Positions 49,261 through 58,290 of a stretch of DNA of 64,000 nt are shown here, in pieces. A program made the translations under genes and the position numbers. Within the stretch, counting starts at the first letter, position 1; each line of letters starts with the position of its first letter. The DNA comes from Selenomonadales bacterium OttesenSCG-928-I06 (GTDB taxonomy: Bacteria; Bacillota; Negativicutes; Sporomusales; Sporomusaceae): the NCBI GenBank assembly GCA_030266395.1, contig JAJDHX010000001.1, positions 14,647 through 78,646 on the forward strand, read 5' to 3'. Below the pieces are notes generated by a model that saw nothing but the letters and a program-made list of their open reading frames with translations, searched no databases and had not been told where the DNA came from.

Positions 49261-50406
49261 GTGATTAATTTGGATTTAATAATGGGACTAATTGATTTAA
49301 ATGAAAATTGTAATGAAATGTTAGAAATGGCAAGACTAAGACCATTGGCTGCATTTCCATTTGCAGGTAGATATAGATTAATAGACTTTGTATTGTCTAA
49401 CATGATTAATTCTGGTGTAAGTAATGTAGCAATATTACCAAAAGGTAATTATAGATCACTTATGGATCATTTAAGATCAGGTAAAGAATGGGATCTTGCC
49501 AGAAAGAAAGATGGTTTGTTTTTCTTGTTTTCCAATGATAACGAACCTGAGGTTGTTGGCTATAACTGGTCAGGATTTAGCAGGAACTTAATTGACTTAC
49601 ATAATAATCTGGATTATTTAAGACGCAGTTCTCAAAAATATGTAGTAGTTACAGGTTCTTCAATGGTTTGTAACCTTGACTATAGAGATGTTGCTGATTT
49701 TCATGCTGAAAGAAAAGCTGATATCACGATTATTTACAAAGATTATGAAGATGCTGAGGAGCAAGATTTTTCAGGTGCTACAATGATTGAAACAGGCGAC
49801 AGAGGACGTGTAATGGATATGGAAGTTCTGCCTGTAAAACCACGCAGCAAAAAGCTTAGTATGACAATGTATTTTTTAGAAAGACAACTTTTAATTGATC
49901 TTATTGATATAACAGTTTCTAGAGGTGGCACAAGTTTACTAAGAGATTGTTTCCTCAAGAACTTATACAATCTCAAAATATATGGCTATTCTTTTCCCGG
50001 TTATGTAGCAAGAATACATTCTTATGAAAGCTATTTCAAAAGAAGTATGGAACTGTTGCAACCAGAAGTATACCAAGAACTATTTTTCCAAAACGGCAGT
50101 ATTTATACTAAAGTTAAAGATGAGCCGCCAACTAAATATTTAAAAGACTCCAAAGTTCAGGGATGTCTTGTGGCAAACGGCTCAATAATAGGCGGAAAAA
50201 TAAAAAACAGCATCATGTTCAGAGGCACAAGAGTGGATAAAGATGCTAAAATAACAAATAGTATCGTTATGCAAAAAACAGTAATTGGTGCCGGGGCAAT
50301 TCTAGAAAACGTTATTTGTGATAAAGATGTTATAATAACAGCAGGTAAAAAATTAAAAGGAGATCCAAATCATCCAATCATCATAGGAAAGGGGTCAGTT
50401 ATTTAA
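49261..50406 (+). CDS. glgD: Glucose-1-phosphate adenylyltransferase, GlgD subunit
   Basis: ORF track, 381 aa. GlgC-like, but the G-rich NTP loop is degenerate (PFAGRYRLIDF retained). Position between glgC and glgA as in Bacillus. The start may be the TTG at 49270 or the ATG at 49282. Confidence 0.85.
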   Translation: MINLDLIMGLIDLNENCNEMLEMARLRPLAAFPFAGRYRLIDFVLSNMINSGVSNVAILPKGNYRSLMDHLRSGKEWDLARKKDGLFFLFSNDNEPEVVGYNWSGFSRNLIDLHNNLDYLRRSSQKYVVVTGSSMVCNLDYRDVADFHAERKADITIIYKDYEDAEEQDFSGATMIETGDRGRVMDMEVLPVKPRSKKLSMTMYFLERQLLIDLIDITVSRGGTSLLRDCFLKNLYNLKIYGYSFPGYVARIHSYESYFKRSMELLQPEVYQELFFQNGSIYTKVKDEPPTKYLKDSKVQGCLVANGSIIGGKIKNSIMFRGTRVDKDAKITNSIVMQKTVIGAGAILENVICDKDVIITAGKKLKGDPNHPIIIGKGSVI

Positions 50407-51861
50407 ATGAAAAAAGTCTTATTTGTAGCATCAGAAGCAGTGCCATTTGCAAAATCAGGTGGCCTTGGAGACGTAATAGGTTCTTTGCCAAAAGCTATTA
50501 TGAATCAAGATAAAAAAGTAGACGTCAGAGTAATAATGCCAAAATATGAAGATATTGATCCTAAATTTGTAGAAGAAATGGAATACATCACACATATTAG
50601 TGTATGGGTAGGGTGGCGCCAAGCTCACTGTGGTGTTTTTAAACTAGAATATGAAGGAATAACCTATTACTTTATAGATAATGAATATTATTTTAGAAGA
50701 AGAGGTTTTTATGGTTATTATGATGATGGTGAAAGATTTGCTTTCTTTTGCCATGGTGTCTTAAGCGTACTGCCTCATATTGAATGGATTCCAGATATTA
50801 TTCATTGCCACGACTGGCAAAGTGCAGCTGTTATGCCTTTGCTTAAATATAGCTATAATGAACTTGAAGGCTATGATAAAATTGGTACAATTCAAACAAT
50901 CCATAACCTTGGTTATCAAGGAATTTTCCCTAAAAGCGTGCTAAGTGATCTTCTGGGTCTTGATTTTAGAGTATTCACTCATACAGGCATGGAATTTCAT
51001 GATGATGTAAACTTCCTTAAAGGCGGTATAGCATATGCAGATAAGATCACTACAGTAAGTAAATCTTATGCAGAAGAAATAAAAAATTCATATTTTGGAG
51101 AAAGATTAGACGGCTTATTAAATTATCGCAGTGATGATCTTTATGGAATTTTAAATGGAATTGATTACGAGGTTTATGATCCAACATCTGACGAAGAATT
51201 ATTTGTTAATTATTCTTGGAGAGCTACAGCCAAACGTTTGAATAATAAAGCTAAACTTCAAGAAACTCTAGGTCTTAAAGTTGACAAAAATATACCTCTT
51301 ATAGGAATGGTTTCAAGGTTAGTTAATTCCAAAGGTATAGATCTTGTAGCTCATGTTCTGGAAGAAATTTTGCAAAGAGACGTTCAATTTGTCATCTTAG
51401 GTGCTGGCGAATATGAATATGAAAATTTATTTAAAACTATTGCAGAAAAATATCCTGACAAAATGGCAGCCAACATATCTTTTAGCGATTCTTTTGCCAG
51501 AAAAGTTTATGCAGGCTCTGATATGTTTCTTATGCCATCAAGATTTGAACCTTGTGGCATAGGTCAGCTTATAGCACTTCGTTACGGCAGCATACCTATC
51601 GTAAGAGCAGTTGGTGGTCTTAAAGATACTGTAATACCTTTTAACAAGAAAAAAGAAGTAGGTAATGGCTTTACATTTGTTAACTATAATGCTCATGAAA
51701 TGCTGGATGCTATTGATAAAGCACTGGAAGTCTATAAAGACAATAAAACATGGGCTAAATTAGTCAGAACTGCTATGAAGTCTGATTACAGTTGGACAAA
51801 TTCTGCTACTGAATATTTAAAAATATATAATGAGTTTAAAAAAACAGCTAAAAAGAAATGA
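50407..51861 (+). CDS. glgA: Glycogen synthase (ADP-glucose type)
   Basis: ORF track, 484 aa. N-terminal VASEAVPFAKSGGLGDV motif. The ATG directly follows the glgD stop. Confidence 0.94.
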   Translation: MKKVLFVASEAVPFAKSGGLGDVIGSLPKAIMNQDKKVDVRVIMPKYEDIDPKFVEEMEYITHISVWVGWRQAHCGVFKLEYEGITYYFIDNEYYFRRRGFYGYYDDGERFAFFCHGVLSVLPHIEWIPDIIHCHDWQSAAVMPLLKYSYNELEGYDKIGTIQTIHNLGYQGIFPKSVLSDLLGLDFRVFTHTGMEFHDDVNFLKGGIAYADKITTVSKSYAEEIKNSYFGERLDGLLNYRSDDLYGILNGIDYEVYDPTSDEELFVNYSWRATAKRLNNKAKLQETLGLKVDKNIPLIGMVSRLVNSKGIDLVAHVLEEILQRDVQFVILGAGEYEYENLFKTIAEKYPDKMAANISFSDSFARKVYAGSDMFLMPSRFEPCGIGQLIALRYGSIPIVRAVGGLKDTVIPFNKKKEVGNGFTFVNYNAHEMLDAIDKALEVYKDNKTWAKLVRTAMKSDYSWTNSATEYLKIYNEFKKTAKKK

Positions 51862-51928
51862 GTCCGAAATTAGTTATATAACATATAATTAAAACAGTTG
51901 TATGTGGAAAATAGGAGGAGGGAGCAGT

Positions 51929-54373
51929 TTGTTTAAAGATAAAGAAGAATTTAAAAAAGCCTTTCTAATGAAATTAGAAGCTATGTTTGGTCAAAGTCTT
52001 GACGAAACTTCCCCTAAAGAACTTTATACAGTACTGGGCAGTCTGATACGAGACGTCATCAGTAAAAAGTGGTATCAAACAAATAAACAATACAAACTTA
52101 GTGGCGAAAAACAAGTATATTATTTTTCCATGGAGTTCTTATTGGGACGCCTTTTAGGTAACAACCTTTTAAATCTAGGTATAAAAGATATTTGTAGAGA
52201 AGGTTTAAAAGATTTTGATATAGACCTTAATGATATGGAAAAGATGGAAGCTGATGCCGGTCTTGGCAATGGTGGTCTTGGTAGACTTGCTGCCTGCTTT
52301 TTAGATTCTTTAGCATCCCTGCAATTGCCTGGTCATGGTTGCGGAATTCGCTATCAACATGGTCTTTTTGAACAAAAAATAGTTAATGGCTATCAAATAG
52401 AATTGCCGGATAACTGGCTTCATGATGGTTATGTATGGGAAGTCAGAAAACCGGAAAAAGCCACTACTGTAAAATTCGGCGGAGATATTCAGGTTCAAAA
52501 GAAAGGCAACAAAACTATCTTTGTTCATGAAAATTATGAAGCTGTAAGAGCTGTTCCTTATGATTTACCAGTAGTAGGATATAACTGCAATACAGTTAAT
52601 AACTTAAGACTCTGGAGTGCAGAGGCTGATGAATTTGATTTTTCTTCATTTAGTAAAGGCGACTATTTAAAAGCAGTTGAAGCTAAATACAACGTAGAAG
52701 CTACAACACAGCTTCTATATCCGGAAGATAGTCATTTAGAAGGAAAAATCTTAAGACTAAAACAACAATATTTCTTTGTTTCTGCCGGTATCCAAAGTAT
52801 AGTGCGCAGATATAAGAAAACTAACAGCTTAGATCCTAAAGCAATGTATAATATGGATGAAATGATTTCTATTCATATTAACGATACTCATCCAGCACTT
52901 GCTATTCCTGAAATCATGAGAATTTTAATGGATGAAGAAGGAATGGGTTGGGATGATGCCTGGAATGTTACAGTAAAAACAGTATCTTATACAAACCATA
53001 CTATTTTGCCGGAAGCTCTTGAAAAATGGCCTGTAGATATGTTCCAAGCACTTTTGCCTAGAATATATATGATTGTTAATGAAATAAATGAACGTTTCTG
53101 CCAAAAACTTTGGGAACTCTATCCTGGAGATTGGGATAAAATCAGACAAATGGCAATTATAAGCGATGGTTATGTACACATGGCTCATCTCTCGGTAGTA
53201 GGAAGCCATAGTATTAACGGTGTTGCTAAAATCCATTCTGAAATACTTAAAAATCAAGTAATGGCTAATTTTAATGCAGTATATCCTCATAGATTTAATA
53301 ATAAAACAAATGGGGTTACTCATAGACGTTGGCTGATTAACTGTAATCCAGAGCTTTCTAAACTTATTACAGATGCAATAGGTCCAACCTGGAAGACTCA
53401 TCCTGAAGATTTATCTAAATTAGAAAAATTCACCCATGACAGTGCTTTCCAGGAAAAAATAGCTAAAGTTAAGCGAAATAACAAAGAAAATTTAGCTAAC
53501 TATATTAAAGACTACGGCGGAATTGATATTAATTTAGATTCCATATTTGATGTTCATGTAAAAAGAATTCATGCTTATAAAAGACAAATTCTAAACATCC
53601 TTCAAATCATGGATATGTATAACAGACTAAAAGACAATCCTAATATAGACTTTGTACCTAGAACATTCCTTTTTGGCGGCAAAGCTGCTCCTGGTTATCA
53701 TCTAGCTAAAGAAAACATTAAACTTATCAATACAGTTGCTGATGTCATAAATAAAGACAAAGCCGTAAGAGATAAACTACGAGTAGTCTTTATTCCTAAT
53801 TACAGTGTATCAGCTGCTGAGGTTATAATTCCGGCTGCTGAGGTTAGTGAGCAAATTTCTACAGCAAGTAAAGAAGCATCAGGCACTGGCAACATGAAAT
53901 TTATGATGAATGGTGCAATAACTATCTGTACATTAGATGGTGCAAATGTAGAAATAAGAGAACAAGTAGGCGATGAAAATATAGTTTTATTTGGTCTGAC
54001 AGCAGAACAAGTAATCGATTACTATGCTCATGGTGGTTATAGCTCTATAGATGTCTGCCAAAACGATGGCAGAATCAGAAGAGTTGTTGATCAATTAGTA
54101 GACGGCTCTTTGGGTACAGGGTATCATGAATTCAGCAGCATTCATAATTTACTTATTTGCTGTAATGATGAATTCTTTATCTTAAAAGATTTTGCGGCAT
54201 ATGTAGATGCCCAAAATAAAATAGGCAATTACTATAAAGATAAAAATAAATGGAATGAAATGGCCATTAACAATATTGCCTTTTCTGGCAGATTCTCCAC
54301 TGATCGAACTATATCTGAATATGCAATAGATATCTGGAAGATCAAACCATTAGTTGTTCGTTCTTTAAGGTAG
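51929..54373 (+). CDS. glgP: Glycogen phosphorylase
   Basis: The ORF track frame 51902-54373 is trimmed to the TTG at 51929, 6 nt after GGAGGAGGG. PLP-lysine motif EASGTGNMKFMMNGA. Confidence 0.93.
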   Translation: MFKDKEEFKKAFLMKLEAMFGQSLDETSPKELYTVLGSLIRDVISKKWYQTNKQYKLSGEKQVYYFSMEFLLGRLLGNNLLNLGIKDICREGLKDFDIDLNDMEKMEADAGLGNGGLGRLAACFLDSLASLQLPGHGCGIRYQHGLFEQKIVNGYQIELPDNWLHDGYVWEVRKPEKATTVKFGGDIQVQKKGNKTIFVHENYEAVRAVPYDLPVVGYNCNTVNNLRLWSAEADEFDFSSFSKGDYLKAVEAKYNVEATTQLLYPEDSHLEGKILRLKQQYFFVSAGIQSIVRRYKKTNSLDPKAMYNMDEMISIHINDTHPALAIPEIMRILMDEEGMGWDDAWNVTVKTVSYTNHTILPEALEKWPVDMFQALLPRIYMIVNEINERFCQKLWELYPGDWDKIRQMAIISDGYVHMAHLSVVGSHSINGVAKIHSEILKNQVMANFNAVYPHRFNNKTNGVTHRRWLINCNPELSKLITDAIGPTWKTHPEDLSKLEKFTHDSAFQEKIAKVKRNNKENLANYIKDYGGIDINLDSIFDVHVKRIHAYKRQILNILQIMDMYNRLKDNPNIDFVPRTFLFGGKAAPGYHLAKENIKLINTVADVINKDKAVRDKLRVVFIPNYSVSAAEVIIPAAEVSEQISTASKEASGTGNMKFMMNGAITICTLDGANVEIREQVGDENIVLFGLTAEQVIDYYAHGGYSSIDVCQNDGRIRRVVDQLVDGSLGTGYHEFSSIHNLLICCNDEFFILKDFAAYVDAQNKIGNYYKDKNKWNEMAINNIAFSGRFSTDRTISEYAIDIWKIKPLVVRSLR

Positions 54374-54392
54374 TTTTTAAATACTAAAAAAT

Positions 54393-54435
54393 TAAGCAAT
54401 TAACTTTCTTGCAGTGCAGGAAAGTTAATTGCTTA
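54393..54435 (+). other. Long perfect hairpin after glgP (A-run upstream, no U-run downstream)
   Basis: TAAGCAATTAACTTTC (54393-54408) pairs with GAAAGTTAATTGCTTA (54420-54435), with an extra TGC/GCA pairing in the loop. Confidence 0.6.
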
Positions 54436-54563
54436 GTAAACGAGTTATTATAGAAAAATTAGGAATAATATATTTTGCTATTTAAGGTACACTATATTTA
54501 TCCTATTTAGTTATATTTTTTCTATTTTAATTACCTTAAGAACAATTGGAGGTATAAATAAAC

Positions 54564-57500
54564 ATGGACAAAGGATTTATATTACACAACTCTCATGATT
54601 TATACTACAGAAATCCTTTTGGTGCAGTTCCTACCAAGAGCAAAGTAGACATTAGGGTCTCTATAAATACTAACTTACATAGACATGAAAAACCTAAAAA
54701 AGTTGTTTTAAGAGTGTGGGAAGAAGAATGTAGAGAAGTCTGCTATGAAATGGAATTAAAAGAAGAAAAACATGGTATATGTTTATATGAATCTACTATA
54801 AACATTCCTGAAAAATCAGGTCTGCTTTGGTATTATTTTATAATTTCTTTTAATCACAAAACTTACTACTATGGAAACAATAATTACGAACAAGGTGGAA
54901 TAGGCACCTTGAGTGATTTTGCGCCTCTTTCCTATCAAGTTTCTATATATGAAGCAGATGCTAAAACTCCGGATTGGCTTAAAAATGCAGTTATTTATCA
55001 AATTTTTCCTGATAGATTTTATAACGGTGAACCAGATGGCAAAATATTAAACCCAAGAGAAGGTATTTTACTTCACTCATCATGGTACGACTCTCCTGTA
55101 TATGCTAAAGAAGTAAAAACAGGAGCTATGATGGCATATGACTTTTTTGGCGGAAACCTTGCTGGAGTAGTTGCCAAACTTCCTTATTTAAAAGATCTTG
55201 GCGTCAATGTAATATATTTTAATCCTATTTTTGAATCTGTTAGTAATCATAGATATGATACAGCAGACTATAAAAAAATCGATAGAATGCTTGGCGATAA
55301 TGAATTTTTTGCTGAGCTTTGTGCAAAAGCAAAAGAAATGGGTATGAATGTAATCCTGGATGGTGTTTTTAGCCATACAGGTGAAGATAGCATTTATTTT
55401 AATAAATACGGAAATTATCAGGTAGAAGGTGCTTGTCAATCTACTAATTCTCCATACTATCCATGGTATAAATTTATGTCTTATCCTGATGTATATGAAT
55501 CATGGTGGGGTATAGGAACAATGCCAAATGTAAATGAGACTGAACCTTCTTATCTTGATTATATAATTGAAAATGAAGACAGTGTAATAAATCATTGGCA
55601 AAAACATGGTATCAAAGGTTGGAGACTAGACGTAGCTGATGAACTGCCTTTAGAATTTTTACAAAGATTATACAGAAAAATAAAAGAACTTGATAAAGAT
55701 TCGATCATCATAGGTGAAGTTTGGGAAGATGCTTCTCACAAAATTGCTTATGGTCAGCTTAGACAATATTTTGATGGACATCATATAGATAGCGTAATGA
55801 ACTATCCTTTTAGAGAAAATTTAATTAATTTCTTACTGGAAAATTCAAATGCCTGGGCTGTCAAAAATACATTACTAAGTCTTTATGAAAATTATCCCAA
55901 AGAAAATTTTTATGCCAATATGAACATTATTGGTACACATGATGTAACTCGTATTTTAACTATTTTTGGAGAAGATACAGCTGCAGACCAAGAAAATTTT
56001 ACTCCTTATAAACATAAAATGCCTCTCAAAAACAGAGCACTTGCAGTAAGACGTTTAAAATTAGCTTCTTTAATGCAAATGACTTTTCCTGGTGCTCCAA
56101 CTATATATTATGGAGATGAAGCAGGTTTAGAAGGATACACCGATCCTTATAACAGAGGTACTTATCCTTGGGGCAGAGAAGATCAGGATTTATTAACATG
56201 GTACAAAAAAATAGTTGCTCTAAGAAATAAATATCCTGTGTTTAGAACAGGAGAATGGGTTCCTATTGCAGCAAACAATAATGTATTTGGCTATATAAGA
56301 TATATAAAAGGCGGTCAAGATGTATTTGGCAACCTTCATGAAGATAATGTAGCACTTGTTCTTCTAAATAACAGTAAATCTCATATGCAGCACATAAGCA
56401 TTAATATAAATGAGTGGGTTGATGACCAAGAATATTTAATAGATATTCTTGACAGTAATAAGTATGTTCATTTAGATGACACTGGCAACCTTAAAATATC
56501 ACTAAAACCTCTTGAAGGAAAGGTTTTTATGAAATCACTTCAAGAACCTGCTCCTAAAGGAACAAGAGCAAGTGGTGTATTAATGCATATAACCTCACTG
56601 CCAAGCAGGTATGGAGTAGGTGGTCTGGGGAACAGTGCTTATGAATTTGCTGATTTTCTCAAAGCTTCAGATCAAAAACTATGGCAGATACTACCTATAA
56701 ACCCTCCGGGAATGGGTGAATCACCATACCAATCATTATCAGCATTTGCTGGTAACCCAATGTTTATTTCGCCAGGTAAATTAATAGAAATGAAGCTTCT
56801 GAGCAAAAATGACGCTTTATCATTTTTAGGTGAAAAAAATTTAGTAAAAACAAATAAAATAAATTTTTCTAAAGCTAAAGAAATAAAAAATAAAATCTTT
56901 AAACTTGCTTTTGAAAATTTTAAATCTAATCCATTTCCCAAAGATTATCTGGACTTTATTTTTAAAGAATCTAACTGGCTGGAAGATTATTCACTGTTTA
57001 TGGCCTTAAAAGAACATTTTGACGGCAAACCATGGAACAAATGGGATAAAGCAATAGCTTCAAGGACAGAAGAAGCAATTGCAGGTTACAGTAAAATACT
57101 TGCTGAAAAAATTGAATATCATAAATTCCTTCAATACATTTTTTCTAAACAATGGAAAGATTTTAGAAAATATGTTAATATTTTAGATATAAAATTAGTA
57201 GGAGACCTACCTATCTTTGTCTCCCATGATAGTGCAGATGTTTGGTCTAACCAACATTACTTTGACCTGGACAAAGATGGCAATATGAACAATGTCGCAG
57301 GTGTTCCGCCAGATTATTTTAGTGAAACAGGTCAACTTTGGGGCAATCCACTATATCGTTTTGACCTAATGGCAAAAGACCATTATATATGGTGGCAAGA
57401 AAGAATTAAGCATTTACTGTCTTTTGTTGATATCATTAGAATCGATCACTTCAGGGGATTTGAATCTTATTGGCAAGTACCAAGTAAAGAAAAGACTGCT

Positions 57501-58088
57501 ATCAATGGCAAATGGACACCAGGACCTGGAGCTCAATTCTTTAAAGTACTGGAAGAATATTTAGGCGAACTTCCTATAATCGCTGAAGATTTGGGTGTTA
57601 TAACTCCAGCTGTAAACAAACTTAAAAATAAAGTTGGTTTTCCTGGAATGAGAATTTTACAATTCTCATTTAGTAGCGACGAAAAAGCTGCTTGTGATTT
57701 TCCTTATAACATAAACAGAAATACAGTTGCCTACACAGGAACTCATGATAATGATACACTTTTAGGCTGGTGGAAATCTGTAAAAAAAGATGATGTTAAT
57801 CTTTATAAAAATATATTGAATCATTTAAGAAAATTAGAAATAGATGTATCTGGTCTTACTCAAGATGAGGATTTTTGTAAAAAACTAATTGAACTAACAT
57901 ACTTAAGTAATGCTGATACGGTTATTTTACCAATTCAAGATATACTTTTTTTAGATGAAGATTCTAGAATGAATACTCCTGGAACAGTTGGTCAAAACAA
58001 CTGGTCATGGTTTTTAGACTATGATTCACTCACTGCTGATGTAGTGAGAAAACTAAAAGAATGGACTTGGCTAAGCAATAGAAATTAA
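54564..58088 (+). CDS. Bifunctional GH13 (neopullulanase/cyclomaltodextrinase-like alpha-amylase family) :: GH77 4-alpha-glucanotransferase (MalQ) fusion
   Basis: Single uninterrupted 1174-aa ORF. The N-terminal half has GH13 regions (VIYQIFPDRFYNG, DGVFSHTG, GWRLDVADE, GEVWED, GTHDVTR). The C-terminal half, from about aa 665, has GH77 motifs (RASGVLMHITSLPS, WQILPINP, IIRIDHFRGF, IIAEDLG, YTGTHDNDT). Confidence 0.88.
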   Translation: MDKGFILHNSHDLYYRNPFGAVPTKSKVDIRVSINTNLHRHEKPKKVVLRVWEEECREVCYEMELKEEKHGICLYESTINIPEKSGLLWYYFIISFNHKTYYYGNNNYEQGGIGTLSDFAPLSYQVSIYEADAKTPDWLKNAVIYQIFPDRFYNGEPDGKILNPREGILLHSSWYDSPVYAKEVKTGAMMAYDFFGGNLAGVVAKLPYLKDLGVNVIYFNPIFESVSNHRYDTADYKKIDRMLGDNEFFAELCAKAKEMGMNVILDGVFSHTGEDSIYFNKYGNYQVEGACQSTNSPYYPWYKFMSYPDVYESWWGIGTMPNVNETEPSYLDYIIENEDSVINHWQKHGIKGWRLDVADELPLEFLQRLYRKIKELDKDSIIIGEVWEDASHKIAYGQLRQYFDGHHIDSVMNYPFRENLINFLLENSNAWAVKNTLLSLYENYPKENFYANMNIIGTHDVTRILTIFGEDTAADQENFTPYKHKMPLKNRALAVRRLKLASLMQMTFPGAPTIYYGDEAGLEGYTDPYNRGTYPWGREDQDLLTWYKKIVALRNKYPVFRTGEWVPIAANNNVFGYIRYIKGGQDVFGNLHEDNVALVLLNNSKSHMQHISININEWVDDQEYLIDILDSNKYVHLDDTGNLKISLKPLEGKVFMKSLQEPAPKGTRASGVLMHITSLPSRYGVGGLGNSAYEFADFLKASDQKLWQILPINPPGMGESPYQSLSAFAGNPMFISPGKLIEMKLLSKNDALSFLGEKNLVKTNKINFSKAKEIKNKIFKLAFENFKSNPFPKDYLDFIFKESNWLEDYSLFMALKEHFDGKPWNKWDKAIASRTEEAIAGYSKILAEKIEYHKFLQYIFSKQWKDFRKYVNILDIKLVGDLPIFVSHDSADVWSNQHYFDLDKDGNMNNVAGVPPDYFSETGQLWGNPLYRFDLMAKDHYIWWQERIKHLLSFVDIIRIDHFRGFESYWQVPSKEKTAINGKWTPGPGAQFFKVLEEYLGELPIIAEDLGVITPAVNKLKNKVGFPGMRILQFSFSSDEKAACDFPYNINRNTVAYTGTHDNDTLLGWWKSVKKDDVNLYKNILNHLRKLEIDVSGLTQDEDFCKKLIELTYLSNADTVILPIQDILFLDEDSRMNTPGTVGQNNWSWFLDYDSLTADVVRKLKEWTWLSNRN

Positions 58089-58091
58089 ATA

Positions 58092-58126
58092 AAAATAGTT
58101 AGGAATTTTCCTAACTATTTTTATTT
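58092..58126 (+). terminator. Intrinsic terminator after the GH13::GH77 gene
   Basis: AAAATAGTTAGGA (58092-58104) pairs with TCCTAACTATTTT (58109-58121), followed by a T-rich tail. Confidence 0.8.
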
Positions 58127-58290
58127 GTGAATTTTTTTAAAATTATTTTAGTTTTATATAGGAGAAATAAGGATTTATCTAGAATTAATTATGTTGATCT
58201 AGTATAATATTTATATTAAGCATATTTCAAATGAGAACTCATCTCAATTTATCATAAAAATACTAACTAAAATAATAGAGGTGATAAAAA

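Noticed and set aside
52925-53401. 158-aa minus-strand ORF inside glgP
   Set aside because: It is antisense to a highly conserved phosphorylase region. The translation looks like A/T-rich shadow frame sequence (many I, F, Y, N, C).
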